Of a stretch of DNA of 64,000 bases, positions 26,557-40,667 are shown piece by piece; the first letter of the stretch is position 1; every line of letters begins with the position of its first letter. The stretch covers positions 310,001 through 374,000 of the forward strand of contig RSEE01000013.1 in assembly GCA_003971905.1 (NCBI GenBank), given 5' to 3'. The translations under genes were made by a program, and so were the position numbers. Below the pieces are notes generated by a model that saw nothing but the letters and a program-made list of their open reading frames with translations, had not been told where the DNA came from and ran no database searches. This stretch comes from Moniliella sp. 'wahieum'. Taxonomy: Eukaryota.

Positions 26557-27426
26557 CGAAGACGGTCCCTTGGGGCGTAGCGCTCAGACGGTCAGTGGCG
26601 CAGTGCTCAGGCACTCAGGGCACTCGGGCGCTCAGGGCGCTCAGGGCGGCTCAGGCCCAGGGCCCTTCTGCTCCGATCCCAGACCCTCACATGCTCACCC
26701 GGCTCGAGCGGAGGGGCACGGCGCCAGCGCAGCGTCCTGCCCAGCCTCGCCCGCCTCACCCCGCCTGAGCGTCAGGGTCACCGCAGTGTCACCGGCCTCA
26801 CCGGCTGGCTGCTCCAGGCACACTGAGGGTACGTGCTGCACCCAGCGCAGCACAGGGACAGCCGGGGCGGCGCGCTTTCAAGCTTTTACGTAGGGCCGTC
26901 ACACACCCCGCCCGTCCAGGGCAGGCTGCCGCGCAGCGCCCGTGTCGCTGGCGAGGCAGACGCCCGCAGCGGGCCAGCCGCACGCCCTCACGCGTCACGC
27001 CTCACCGTCTGAACGTTCAGCGCTCCAGCGTTCAAACCCGACGGCAGCACAGCAGTGCTGCTGGGGGCTGCCGCTGCTCGTTGAGGTGTTGGAAAGCGTC
27101 ATGCGTCACGCGTCACGCTCGGCAGCGCTCGAGCGCTGGGGGCGAGCGCGGCGGTGCTGCGCTGGGCGCCGCGTGCTCGCGTGCTGGCTCGCCGCCTCTG
27201 GCCGGGCGGCGGCACGCGGGCATGTGGGCGAGCGGCTGGAGTGTCTCCGCCTGCTTGGCACCGGCTGCTGCTGGCTGCTGCTGGCTGCTGCTGTGGCGGC
27301 GAGCGGCAGCCCAGCGCAACAGGCAGCGCGCGGCCGAATGAAATTCGCCTGCCTCCCTGCCGCCGTCGCCCGTCGCCGCCGCCACCACCTCCTCCACCTC
27401 CACCACCACTCCTCCCCTCCACCCCC

Positions 27427-30400
27427 ATGTCGTCGTCCTCGCCCGACATGGGCGCCCCCCCACCCCCCCACTCCTCGTCTGCGTCCGCCGCCGCCGCCGC
27501 CATGGCCGCCCTCCTCCAGCATCGCGCCTTTGCCGCCGCCGCCGCTGCTGCCCAGCCCCAGCCACCCGCCCCCTCCGCCGAGTCCGCGCCCCATACGCCC
27601 GCCCAGAGCTCCCCCCCGCCCCATGCCGGTGCCACCCTCGCCCTACTCCATCCTGCTTGGACTGCCGCCGCCGCGGCTCAGGCGATGCACCGCAACATGC
27701 AATGCTCGCGCCGCGCTTCCCCGCGCACACCCAAGTCATGCCTCCCCCGCCTGCCCACCACTCGGGTGCTTCCACTGCGCCCCACACGCCGTCCGGGATG
27801 GCATGAGCATTGGAATGGGCATGGGATTCGACTCGCCCTCCCCCGGAAACGGACGCGTCCCCCGGGGCAGCCAGCACCCCGGTGCCCCCGCTGTTCCTCC
27901 ACGCGGTCGGACCCGTGCTCGCCGTGCTCCTCCCGTGACTTCCGCCGTCCAAGGGCCGCCCTCCAATGCGGCTGTTGCTTCTCCCACCTCCGTCCCATCT
28001 CCGCCTCTTCTGTCACACAGGGCCAGGCATCTACATCTGCTGTGCCCGATTGGGCAGGGCAGGCGACACAGTGGGCCTCTTTGCCTCATGAGGCACTGGC
28101 AGCTGCCTTGGCTGCCCTGGCTCCCCTACCCCTGCCCCTACCGCCCCCCACTTCCACTCATCCTCCCGCTCCAGCCCCCACGCCCCGTCTTCAGGCATCT
28201 CTCCAACGTGGAACCATGCCTCGGCGTCCGGCTCCACTGCCTTGCTTTCGGCGCCACGGGGGTCGTTCACCTCGGGTGGCGAGGGCGCCGCGTCAGACGA
28301 CCTCGAACTGTTGGACGGACTTGAAGATGAACAAGACGTAGAACAGATGAACCGCGACGACCCACTCACCTACAAGGTCTGGCGCTTGTATGCCCGCCAA
28401 AAGTCCCAAATGGCTAACAAGAGCCGGATGGAGGTATGTGGTTTTGTTCTTGTTCTTGTTCTCTGCTTGCCCTGCCTGATTGTGTTGACCGGGCTAACAT
28501 ACTGATTCCTTTCGGCAGAACTTGACATGGAGGATGATGATGATGTCCCTGCGCAAGTCCAGTCGGGCCCAGAACGGACAGGTTCAGTAGCGTCCAGCCC
28601 TGGAACCGGGAGTGCGCCCTTTCCTGTCGCCGCCACCAGCCCTGGTGGCTCGCACGCCGAAACACCCGAAAGCTCTTCGATGCAACCAACGGAATCTGGG
28701 CGCGCTGGCGCTCCGGCAGTTGCTAGTGCCGCTACCTCTCCTTCCACCCGGGCCTTGGCGACTACAGACGAGCCAGAGCGTGGCCGTCGCCTCCGCACAG
28801 CTCGCAACACACCTGATGTCTCCAGTCCCGCGCCTATACAGGGAAGTAGTCCCAACATGACTCAGCCCCCTCCTCCCCCTGCTCACCGTGGAGCAGGGGT
28901 GACGTTTGCCTTCCCTTCCGGATCACAATCTACGCAGCCCCACCCTGCCCAACCGGCGGAAAGGATGGACTGGCGTGCTGCGTCCAAATCCCGGTCTCGT
29001 TCCCGGAGCGTGTCGGCGATGGACTGGCGTGGCACGCGAGCTGCCCGCTCATTTCCCGCGCACGTCATCCCACTGACCTGGCCGCCATTTACGATGACGA
29101 TCATCCTTCTTTCCCGCGCGGAGGGGACTGGAGCAAGTGACGGAAAGCAAACAGCCATCGCCATCCGATCCCGCCGTCTCGCCTACCTCGACTGCCCCCC
29201 CTCACTCCCACCGAGCGAGAACGCATACGGCGCCATGAACTGCTCAAGCAACGGTTTCGTGCCGCTGTCCACGCCGATCTGTTCACGCCATCTCATCCTC
29301 GGCCCAAAGTTCCCCCACGTGCTCCGGGGCCCGATGCTCCCCAGACTGTCGCCGCTGCAGTGGCAATGGCTACTGCCGCTGCGCGCGCCGCTGCGGCCAA
29401 GGGCTGGACCCCAACACACCCGAGTGGGATGCTGCTGTCTCGGCGGCTGCGGCTCAGTTGGCCACGACGGCCACCTCCCTGGTGCAGCCGCCACGCGCCT
29501 CGGCATCTGCCGAGCCGGCAGAGTACACTGTGCCTGGGTTGGAGCCAATGAGCGAGTGGTCGTTGGCGCATGAGCTGGGCATGGGCCCTGCGCAAGCCTT
29601 GGGAGCCCCAGCACCCCTGCTGGGTAGTGTGGCCGGGCTGGGGGACTATGTGGGGGCGACGGTAAACCAGGACCCCGAGTACGGCTTTTTGCCGCGGTTG
29701 GTGCGCAAAACGAGTTTTGATCACAAGGTGCGCGACAACCGCTCCTCTCACGGGGCCCTGCGCCGCCTGCCAAGCTGAGACGGACGGATCTGGCCGGGCT
29801 GGGCCGCGAGGATCTTCGTTTGCCGCGCCCAATCCAGGCGAGGGAGCATGGAAATGCAGCGTGGCCGCACGCTTCCCGGACGGGCCAGGGCCGGCGCCTC
29901 GCCCGACGAGCGGGTGGCGCGGGGGCTGAGCCGGTTCCGCACCTCTCCCTCCGCCTCACGCGACGAGGGGAGCCATCCTCCTGCCTCGGCACCGCCACGT
30001 CCGCCCCGGCCTTTGACTTTGCTCTGCCTGCCCCGGCTCCATCCGCTGTCAAGACCGACGAGGCCACGCCCCCCGATGCTGCGCCGACAGCCTTGTTTGA
30101 TGCGTTGGCCCACCCTTCGTCCCCGGGCGAGCAAGGGCCCGCGCTTCCCGCGGCGTCGCAAGCGGGCGACGAGAACGGGTTCTTGCATGCCTTGTCAGGT
30201 CCCTCGGCTGCGACCACGTCGGAACGTCCGGTCTCGGCAGGCGGCGAGATGCAAGCCTTGATGAACATCTTTATCAATGCCGATGCACTCCACTCGTCGT
30301 CCGATGCGCCGGCTCTGCCTGCCTCCAGCAAGGAGGGACCTTCGCGTGCCGCTGACGCTGCGGACAGCTCGACTCCAGGGGACCGTGTGGCGTCGGGCCA

Positions 30401-31625
30401 AGAGTCTACGCCTGCAGCCTTGACCACCTCGCCGTCCCATGATCCATCGCGTTTCCCTTCCTTCTCGTCCCCGTCGGGCGCGATGGGTCCCGGTCCGGTC
30501 TCGGTTCCGGCCACTCCCAAGGAGAGCAAGCCGGCGCGCAACGGCGTCTCGCGCGCCGGCAGTGTGAGTGCGTCGGCCGGACCCAGCCGTGCCTCGAGCC
30601 GCCGGGGCAGCATGGCGGCGCCGCCCATGAGTGCCTCGGGGGGAAGCACGGCCGCTTCCAACGGAAAAGAAGAGGCGGCAATGCAGTGCTCCAACTGCCA
30701 TACCAGCAAGACACCCTTGTGGCGGCGTGACCCCGAGGGTCATCCACTTTGCAATGCGTGTGGGCTCTTCTACAAACTGCACCAACAAAAGAGGCCGTTG
30801 AGCATGAAGACGGATGTGATCAAAAAGCGCAACCGGGCGACGACCGACCGGCCCAAACCAAAGCAGCGCGGCAACTCGTTGGCCGGCGCCGGGCAAGGCG
30901 AACCGACGACCTTGCTTCCCGGTCCTGCGCCTTGCTCCACTCCGGGCCCCATCCCGCCTCCGCCCGGCGTCGGCAGCGGGCTTTCACAACTGTCGCCCCC
31001 CAAACCATATCCTGCGCCTGCCTATGCGCCCCCGCTTCCCGATCCTTCCTACTCCACCGCACCTTACCTCCAACGTGCCATCCTCGCTCCGCGCCACTCG
31101 GTTTCGGGCGCGCCCGGGGCCGCGTCGGCGGCTGCGCCGCCGCCTGGGCCCGGCGCCGGACCGGGCTTTGCGTTGCCTACGCCTCCGCCTGGATCGCCGG
31201 CGTACGACCCGCAACTGATGGGGGGCGGACTGGGATTTTTGCTCGAGATGAGCATGCATGCGCCGGGCAATGTGCCGGGCGTATTTGGTGCGCCCAGTCC
31301 CGGTGCTGGGGGGCCAGGTGCAGGACCAGGTCAGGGCCAGGTGCAGGGCCAGGTGCAGGGCCAGGTGCCGGCGCTGCGCGGGGATGGTACCGCACCCCGG
31401 TATGCCCACGCCCACGCCCACGTGCCTGTACCTGCTCACCTACAGCCGTTACCAGGTGTGGCCGGCGCGTCGGGATGGTCACCTGCGATGAACCAGCTGA
31501 TGGGCTTGAACGGCTTGTCGGGCGGCTACCCGTTCCCCGCTTCGGGCCCGTCCGGACCCGCAACGCCCACGGGGATGCCACCGACGATGGACATGCTGGG
31601 CTTGGCACCAGGCCCCCCGCACTAA
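27427..31625 (+). CDS. areA: Nitrogen-regulatory GATA transcription factor (AreA/Gat1/Nit2-like)
   Basis: DUF1752 motif [33 protein letters not shown] (intron 28434-28518), [13 protein letters not shown], and GATA finger [32 protein letters not shown]...[15 protein letters not shown]; start approximate; many indels. Confidence 0.88.
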
Positions 31626-31814
31626 GTACGAACCCCAAACGGAACCGGGGCGGCGACCTGACCTTGTGTGCCCGCCTGCCCACGACCCCTCGAGGTTCCC
31701 TGTCGCACCACCATCCATCGCATGGCCATCTGACCTGCACCCCTCCCCCCCCTCTCTCCCGCTGCGCCGTGCCACGGTACCAGCTTGGCAGCTTGGCATG
31801 GTATGTTCTGTTAT

Positions 31815-31875
31815 TTCCCATCCTTCCCATCCTTCCCATCCTTCCCATCCTACCCATCCTACCCATCCTACCCAT
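31815..31875. repeat. 9-bp tandem repeat (TWCCCATCC)x~7 downstream of areA
   Basis: ttcccatcc x4 followed by tacccatcc x~3. Confidence 0.9.
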
Positions 31876-32867
31876 TTTCCCATCCTTCTCCGGCTTGCTG
31901 GCTGGGCGAGACGAGCGCGTGCGCACAACCGATGGATTGGCCAGGCGTGCGAGCGGGTGGGGCTGTACTCTATCTCTTGGATTTTTACAATGAGGCCTGA
32001 GCGCGGGTGTTGGGCAGCGAGCCACCTGATGCGCCGGCGGAGCGGACTGGGACTAGACCTGGGCCTGGAACTGGGGCGCATAGGGTTCGTAAGTAGGTAG
32101 GGCGCGAGTTGGGGCAAGACGACTAGCCATGCGGCATTCGAGGGACGAGCAAGGGGACCGGGTTGGTTGAGGGAGGTGTTAGGTCCGTTGGAGCTGCCAT
32201 GCTGCCGCGGGACTTGCCCCGGAAAATGGGTAGGGAGAGCACAGCAAAGGAACGGGTCCAGTTGGGGGAGGTAGAACGCGCGCATATGCAGCAGGTAGCC
32301 CTGGCAGCGAGCCCCCCAAGCCTAGTTGCTGGTCGTGGAACAGAGGACAGGTGGCACGTTAGATGCCGGATGTGAAGGCGGAATGGCACCAATGGGGGGA
32401 TGGGGGACAAGGAGCAAAAGTTGATCGACCGAGGTATCTACATAGAGGGCGCTTAGAAGGAGTGCAGGGGAGGAGGTTAATGAAAACCATATCGTGAGTG
32501 AGAGGCAGAACGAGCGAAAAGGAAAGTCGCTTGTGAGTGTTAGGGCGCCCCAATGTAGCCACATGACATTGAAAACTTATGGTGTGGCTATGAAAGACTA
32601 GCAAATGAATGTGTGTTCAAAGCAATCAAATTCATTCGTTTAGGTCGTCATTGTGGGCAAAAAACGTGAGGTTGGCTCCTTGTGGTTTGCCCTTGCCATT
32701 GGGGGGCGTCAAGCCAAGTGGTGTAGTAAAGGTATAAAAGAAAATGCATGTGGGACTGCAACAGGTCTTGAGGTTTGCTGGACGTCTCCCTGACAATCGC
32801 ACAGATCAAAGAGAGGGAGAGGTTGGTGTTGAAATGTGGTGCGCACACGAGCACTGCGCTGAAGCGG

Positions 32868-33920
32868 TCAAGCAGCAGCAAGAGTAGGCACGCTCGATTC
32901 CTGAATCGCCGCCGACGGACGACGAGCTTTCTTGGTCTTCTTCTTATTGTCCTTCTTGGGTTCGGGCGGAAGCGACTCTTCCCACGCACGGTCACTTGGT
33001 CACGGTGCGCAAGGTGGAACGCGCCTGGTCCTCGGCCGCGGCGAGGGTTGCCTCATATTCGCTTTGGCCCAGGATGGTTCGGAGCTGTTGGGCATTGCGC
33101 TTGACCCAGTAGCTGGGTGGGAGAAGGCGGACATACGATTCCTTGTCGGCGACCATGGCGCGAATACGAATGGAAGGAGCATCGCCTTCCCGGTGCACAT
33201 CAACTTGTTTGGTGCCCGGCTGAACCACGTTGGACCGCTCGGCATCCAGACGGACAAGACCCGGCTGGATGCACATGAGCAAGTACATCATGTTTTCCAA
33301 CGCTTCATCAGTATCGAGCAACACGGTAGCCGGGTGCTCCTCCGACTGCTCGACCCGTACAGGCCAGATGTCGGACGAAGCCATATCGTACGACGGTACG
33401 TGACGGCGATGTTCGACGCGGTGGTGGCGATGACCCTTGGCGGCTTCCTCGGCGGCACGGTCTTCGTCGGTTTTGCCTGAACGGATAATCAATCCACTTG
33501 CGCGGCATGTGGATGTAGATGTAGCCATCCTCGGTATCCGCAGAGGAAGGCGCGGGTTTTCGCAGCGCAAAGAGCTCGGTACGCAGATGATCGGCTTGGG
33601 TCCAGTGACGGTCCTCCAGCTTCTGTCGTTGCTCCATGACCCATGGCTTGGCGCGCTCCCCGCTTCGCGTTTCCATGGTTTGGACGTGACGTGGGGAAGG
33701 CGCACCTGCTTCGCCGTCGCAGTCAGCACGGGCTCGGCCGACTGGAACAGAATACCGCCGGCCTACAAGGGAGAGAACACAAGCAGCGTGGTTAGACGAG
33801 ACGCGGGGGATCGGCGCAAGTAGGATAAAGAAGGAGGTAAATCAAGACGAACCTGCTTGGGAGTCGCAACGGACTCGGGCTGGCCATTATTGGCGTTCTG
33901 GCGGCTGCTCTTCTTCCCAT
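32868..33920 (-). CDS. Hypothetical protein
   Basis: ATG at 33920, probable early intron, overlapping ORFs 33308-33676 and 32992-33729 with globular-looking sequence, basic C-terminus. Confidence 0.55.
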
Positions 33921-34826
33921 GTTTGTCAGAGTTGGTTGTTGGGTTGGGCGCAACGCGACCAAAATGAAAGGGTGGAGGTAGGGAGGATGGTGGGGTAGGG
34001 GCGATGTGTTGGTTGACCAGTGGTCTGAGGGAAAGGAGACGCACTGAGGGCTGACAGAAGGGGAGACTTTATAGTACTTTGGTGTACTGAATGATGCGCT
34101 GGCCCTTCTGCAGTGTTGTTGGTTGGTACGCTTTGCTTTCATGAGACATGCCGGGACCCCACGGTGGGGCAAGCAGGCCGAGTGGAGTTGGTGCGATCAG
34201 GAGATGGCTCGTGCATGGTCATGCTGCATGATGAGCAGGAGAGACGCGCTCCAACACGGTGCACCCCACCACCGAAGGCGATCATGGACACGCCAGAGAC
34301 AGGCAATCCATCTGAAGAGCCGAGGTGTGGACCCACTGCGCACAGCCCCGTGTGGCTGCTGGAAGCTGTGGTGCGTTGGGGGTTCAACTTGAACGTTCAA
34401 CTGCACGGTCAGAGACACCTCGTACCCACCACGTGGGGCAGTGGGCCGACTGTGGGGAGCTGGCCGGGGGACTGAGCAAGCCATCCGCCTCAGCAGCTCA
34501 GTCTGAGCCTGGCCAGGTTGCCTGATTAATTACGGCTGCTTGACTGATCCCCTGTCCCACGGCAACAACGCCCAAGAGTGGGGCTCCGCAGTCAGAGAGG
34601 ATGCGGAGGCAGTGCCGGCGAGTGGCCAGCAGAGCGCATCAGCTCCACATCAGACGATTCGCGGCTGAGGATCTCCCGTCGGTTCATCGGCCCACCTGCC
34701 CTGCGACATCACATGTGACACTGGCTTGTGTGACACTGCTGTCACATGTGCAGTGTCACATGTGCGACCTTCGCCTCTCGGCCGCAACCAAAAACCCTGG
34801 CGTGCACGTGTACTCAAATTTCAAAG

Positions 34827-35101
34827 CTAGTAACTAGTAAAGCTCGTAACGCGTAACGCGTAACGTTCTTACTAATGCCCCTGTGCATCATGCATGGGCG
34901 GGCCCCAACTGTGGGCCCGACTCACACAGTTTAGGAGAGCTTTCCTTTTGGAGAACCCTATAGCCTGACAGGTTGGCCGAAAAGCTGACGCAGGCAAAGA
35001 CAGGGCAGGACCGACATCCTGGATCCTGTCACATGTCACAGCACACTCATCTCATATAGGGTCACCGGTCACCGGTCACCGGTCACCGGTCACCGATCAC
35101 C
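34827..35101. repeat. Cluster of heptamer arrays AGTAACT, CGTAACG, CATCATG, TGTCACA, (GGTCACC)x5+1
   Basis: 34827-34866 ctagtaactagtaa...cgtaacgcgtaacgcgtaacg; 35060-35101 five perfect GGTCACC plus GATCACC. Confidence 0.92.
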
Positions 35102-38100
35102 CAGGATCCGTCCACGCCCGTAGCCCTAACCCATGGAAGAGACTGAAAAAAAGGGTATAGAGAGATCGACGGCAATATGGACCCCCGTCGAAAGGATACT
35201 GGAAGACCAAAAGGTGGTCGCTGCAAGCAGTCTTGGGGTCCTGCTAGTTTACCTACGAGTAACACGGGAGTTGGTCAAGAAGGATTTGCAAATGATGCGG
35301 TTACAAAATGACCCGCTAGGGGAAGGGACAATTGATATATATCCAAAGGAATATACAACGGGATCTTTAATGGAACAAGGAAAAGAACCTGGGTGGGGGG
35401 GGAATGAGATGCGGAGAGAAGAGACATTGGAAATGAGAGCGGGGGTGAATCTGTCAAATAAGTTGGGGCTAAGACAGAGGGAGACCAGAGTTTAGACTGG
35501 GCCGCAAGGGATGTAGCAATCGTTCGTGGGGTGGAAGCAGAGAACAGAGGACATGGTGCGAAGAAGCGGAAGAACATTGAAGGAGTGAGACCCTTCGGGA
35601 CGAAGAAATTAGAAATGGGAGCTGTATCAGCCGAACTATGGCAGATTAGGCAACAGTCAATCTCAGTATCTCAACAAGTGGGGGAGGTCTCCGCATTGAG
35701 AGTCGTCGCGGTGCGCTTTATTGGGCCAAACACCACCCAAACGAGATGAAAGGGGATCTTTGTCAGGGCAGTGCAAATGTGGATGTGCAGTCGAAAGAAG
35801 AGACTCGACACGACAGGGTACATAATGCAATATGACGAAGACTATAGTAGATGCCGACCTTGGATGCACCGGGTCCAATAGCTGGGTTAATGTACACTAA
35901 AAAGACTATACTATTATGAAGTATGGGAGAGTCTCATATGCCGTGGGGCAGTTCTACAGTGAAACAGCGATGTGGTACTAGTGTGGTATACTCATGTTGA
36001 ACGGTCATATATCCTTCCCCCCGGGGTATAAATCACACACGCCACTCTCTGTTGTTAGGAGAGGTTGGGAGCAACGACGAGAGAGACACTTAACGCTCCT
36101 GGCTTTTTTTGTTACCTATCATCACCTCTTCTGATGAGAGTATCGGAAGTGTGGAAGAGCAGAGGATGATGTAATAGCCAAAAAAGTAACGGTTGAGAAC
36201 CACATTGGTTCAATCGTCAAGTCGTTCAAAAGGTTCGGTAACCACCAGGAACGTTCTACCTATCATACCGTGAAGGTCTGTATTCCCTAATCCGTCGTAA
36301 TTCTCGAGATACAAAGCTTGGGCAACGAGTCAATCAAGGCCAACACCTCTCGACCAACCGCTGGGGCCCACACCATCAACTGCATGGAATCAATCAACAG
36401 GTAGCAAATAATTGACCGGAGTATACCGAGAGAGGCGTCCCTAAAGAGCGGCTGTACCGTTTACGATTATAGTCTACCAGGCTCACATGCATCATTCCCA
36501 TCTCCCCACTTCCACACTTCATCTCGCCTGCTTCTGTGACGGGGTGGCTGGCTTCCCAGGCGGAGACCTTCCCTGCCCATCGGATCGAGACAAGCGGAGG
36601 ACTGAACGCGTTTCAGATCCAAATTTCAAGGCTCACTGGCGTGAACGTAGGAGGGTCATGAGTGATGCTTTGCTGTACGTGGAGCAGAACCTGAGCAGAG
36701 GTCGGCGAGCAGAGGTTGCGTGTGTAGGGGCTGGACGGGAAAGCGGGGAGCTCCGATGGGCGAGGGAGGGCGAGCGAGCTGACCGGAAGGAAGGTGTTTC
36801 TGCTAGAGGTGGAGTGCCTAGAAGAAGGGTGAAGAGGAAAGAATGGTCGGCGGCTTGGGCCATCATCATTGGATCTCAGAACAGGCAGGTTTATAGAAGA
36901 GAAGAGAACAAGGGGAGACCAAGAGGTCGACAATGCAAAAGGGAAACGAGTCAAAGGGGAGAAGGGAACCGAGCGCGAGAGGGACGATGCGAGAGACGAG
37001 GCGAGGGTCAAGGGCAAAGTGGACCCGAGGTGAGAAACGAGGCGAGAAACCTAGTCGAAAACAATGTGTGTGGTGTTTTGGATTTTAGACGAGAGCGCGT
37101 GCGGAGAAACGATGATTGTTGTGGGTTTTGTAGATAGGAAGAGAATCCGAGTCACGATAGGGAAAGAAGCCGAGAAGTGGTGGCGACGATAAGGTGGCTA
37201 TGCAATGCGGCTCAGTCGTCCCCCCGTGAAACAGCTTCCACCCTGCTTCAACGGTCGGATTTCCCCTTGTTGTCGCATACCGGATCCAATCCGTGCGGCG
37301 GAGTCATCAGCAGAGTCACACTCTTTGCACGCGCTTCCCTACTTATAACCATCTCCTCTATTCACTATTAAGCATACCCCTCTTCCTCTTACTACGGCGG
37401 TAACCAGAATCCCATACCCCCGTGTGGGTCACAGGCGCTCTCAGGCATCATGCGTTAGCCTCGCTTTCCATAACGCGGTCACATGTGGTTAGGGATACCG
37501 GTCTCACACTGAATGCCCTCTCTGTATAACACACAGGTGCATATAGTATAGGAACTCTTCCCTTCTATTATATACAGACCTCTCAATGTCTCGACCGAAG
37601 AATCAACAACCTACTATACGACGGGCGATTTACCATACGGATCACCTGTGCCATTGTCGCCCAGCGACAACCAAAGGATCCCTCCTGCCAGAGAAACACT
37701 ACTCCTCTGAAGTTTTCCGGGCATGATTTGCTATCCTGTTGGGAAAAATATCTGTTCCATCCATCGCAAGCCCGGAAGTCGGTATATTAAAAAGGTCCAA
37801 TGCGGGTTTCCCTCCACCGGTCAGTATCTCATCTTCTGACACTATATACTCACGCGGCCGCCGATTCCCGCACCCTGCCCGATACCATCAACCATACCTC
37901 GCCCTTGTATGCTCTTTTACATCTCAGATCTGCGACGTTCAAGCACAACCTGTCATTGCTCTCTCGTCAGCGTGCGCACTCTCAGTGACAGCCGAGTGTG
38001 AATGATCGCGAAGTTATCTAGGCCTCTTTTAGCCCGCTTCGAATGCTAGTCACTCTCTGCACTCGTCGATGCACCCTCTATACTGACTGTACGGACGCTT

Positions 38101-38516
38101 CTTTTCCAGGGAATGCAACAAAAGCATAGCAGCTTGTTGCACGACAACCACGCCATTTCCAATGCTTGCTCCGGCAAGGTGTATGCCCCATCATCGATAA
38201 TCATCCTGCACGGTGTTAGAAGTGCTGTCCAACCTCTCTTTCGGGTTGTAAGTTGGAGTTCTGACCACCATTCTTCGCATTAATTTACACATACCCGCCC
38301 ACGTTCAGACCCTCTCTGGTGCTCAACACCATCTGCGCCTCGACGTCGGAAGAGGCCACGTTCCAAAATATTCGATAGACGCGCCAGTTTAATCACAGTT
38401 GGTGCTAGACGAGCGAATACTACGCATGCTGAGCTGAGACCTGAGATAGATAAGAGGAGCAAAGCAACTTGGATGCGATCCACATTGGGATAATGGGCAA
38501 TTCCATCGGTGCATGT

Positions 38517-40667
38517 CTACGCAGTCAGTGCCTCGTCCACAGCCGCTTGGGCCTCCGCCAGACGAGCACGGTACAGGGCGAGCTCTTGCTCCAGCTCATG
38601 GTACTTGCGCTCCTTGGACTTTTGGTACGCCCGCAGAGCCGTGTTTTCTTCCTGCAGCGCCGCCGTCAACGCCGCATCCGCCGCAGCCTTGTCAAACAAG
38701 ACACGAGAGGCGATGGCCACCGTGCGCTGCGGGTCCCCCGAGACCTGCTCGGCGCCCACGCCGTCTTGGCCTCGGCTTCCTCCCCACCCATCAGAGGATC
38801 AGTGTCTACCAAGCCCGCATCCCGCATCGCACGTAGGTGCATCGGCTTGCCCTTGGCCATTAGCTGCTCCAGGGCTCCGGCCCACCTTATCCGCGGAAGA
38901 ACCCTGGAGGTTGTAGAGCACATCATCGTCCACACTTTCACTCTCATCGGCCGCGTCGGCAAGTGTGGACTGGGGTTTGGCTTTGTTCGTGTGTCGGGTG
39001 AGAAAGACGGATCGGCAAATACCTCTTCGGCCGCCGCGTCGGAATGGGCATCCTCTGCCTCGTCTCCGTCCGAAACATCCGCATCCAAGTCAACCTTATC
39101 CAGCACATCGAGCCTTCCTGACTTGACCGCATGAATGACCAGCCGCAGTTGGGCTGATGTGGCTCGTTCTTGGGCCAGGAGACGACGGAGACGAGCCACA
39201 CTGGTCAGCGCATTCTCCCTTTCCTCCCTTACCTCATCTGACCAGAGTTGCCGCTCCTTCTTGTGCTGCGATGCAGTAAGCCGCTGGAACTCCTCAAACG
39301 ATTCCTCCCGACTGGCAATTTGTTCACTCAGCAAGCCCAGCTGGTCACGCAGGTGTCGTTCTCGTCCTCCAGATCACCCAACACATCTTGTGTCTCCTCC
39401 AATTGAGCCCGGAGCATTTGGCCCTCGGCAAGCTGCAGCGAGAACATGTGGTTAGTTGACCAGTCACCTTAACCGGGGCCTTACACACCTTTTCCCGCCA
39501 TGCTTGCTCCAAGCGCAATCCCAATCCACGTAGCGTCTCCGTATTGTTCTCGGTACGGAGAATGTGGCGTGCTTCGGCAAACCGCATCACATCCTCCGCC
39601 ACTTGATCCTCATCGACTTCACGACGAGGAAGGCGGACGCGCTCCCGCTCCACCACCTCAACTGTCGGGCCTCGAACAGCCGCGATACTCGCGGCCAAGC
39701 CACGTCCCAGTCCTGACGTGAGACTGGATGCGCCCCCACCTACCGCAGCTGACACGCCAGCTAGGCGGACTGCGCCTGTTGACCACAGCGACCGTTTGGC
39801 ACCATTCGGCTCCGGGCTTGGACCAGGGCGAGGCTCAACGTCTGTGTTCTCCGCCGCCTCCTGTGCCGCTGCCTCAGGCTCAGGCGCCGTCTTTGCCGCA
39901 GGAGTGTCCCTCCAGCTCACGGGGCGGCCAGCATTGAGATCGATGATCCGCGCTCGGTTGGGCAGCCGGGGGGGCGAGGTGACTGCGGCTGCAGCTGGCT
40001 CCTCCTTGTGCTCCTCCTCAGCCACGATGGAGGTGTCGGGAACGACAGGCAAGCGAGCTGAGTCCCCTTCCTCCAGCGCAAGCCCCATGCTACGCCGGCT
40101 TCCAATCGACGTGCGAACACTGTGCCGCGACGTAGCTCGGCCCGAGGGGGAACGACGCAAGGTGGTCACATTGAGCGACTGGCCCGAGGAAAGGTGCCGG
40201 ACTGATTCTTCCACCTGCGGGTCCAAGTGGGACGTGAGCGATCGGTGTGAGCCATTGGAGGGAGTTCGGAGGTGCGACTGGGTGACTGCCGCCGCGAGGG
40301 GGGCTTGGAGGTGGTCTCGATCTCGGCTTCCGGTTCGGCCTCCGCATCGCTTTCACTCTCGTCGCCCTCGTCGAGGTCGTGGAACTTGAGTTCGCCATCG
40401 GACGTGTACTGCTCGGCTGTGGGAGGCGCGAGTCGTGTGCCTCCCGGGGAAGCAAATTCCTCGTGGTTCGGTGTCTCCTCCGAGTCTGGAGTGCCCGAGG
40501 GCTTCTTGACCTTCTTCTTCCGCTTGGGCTCGTCGCCCGAGGCGCTCTTCTTCTTTCTCCGCTCTTCTCCCGTCTTGTGCGACCTTCTTTGGACTTCTTC
40601 TTCTTCTTCTCCGCCTTTTCCACCCCAATCACTGGGGGGCAGCAGAGACGGGAGGCTCGTCGGCCAT
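38517..40667 (-). CDS. Hypothetical coiled-coil protein with Lys-rich N-terminus
   Basis: Overlapping ORFs with an intron at 39433-39488; heptad-rich segments LRAQLEETQDVLGDLEDEN and LEQELALYRARLAEAQ. Confidence 0.65.

Noticed and set aside
29183..30709. 508-aa minus-strand ORF and similar long overlapping ORFs elsewhere
   Set aside because: Antisense or alternate-frame shadows of GC-rich genes (areA, REV1, HSP60).
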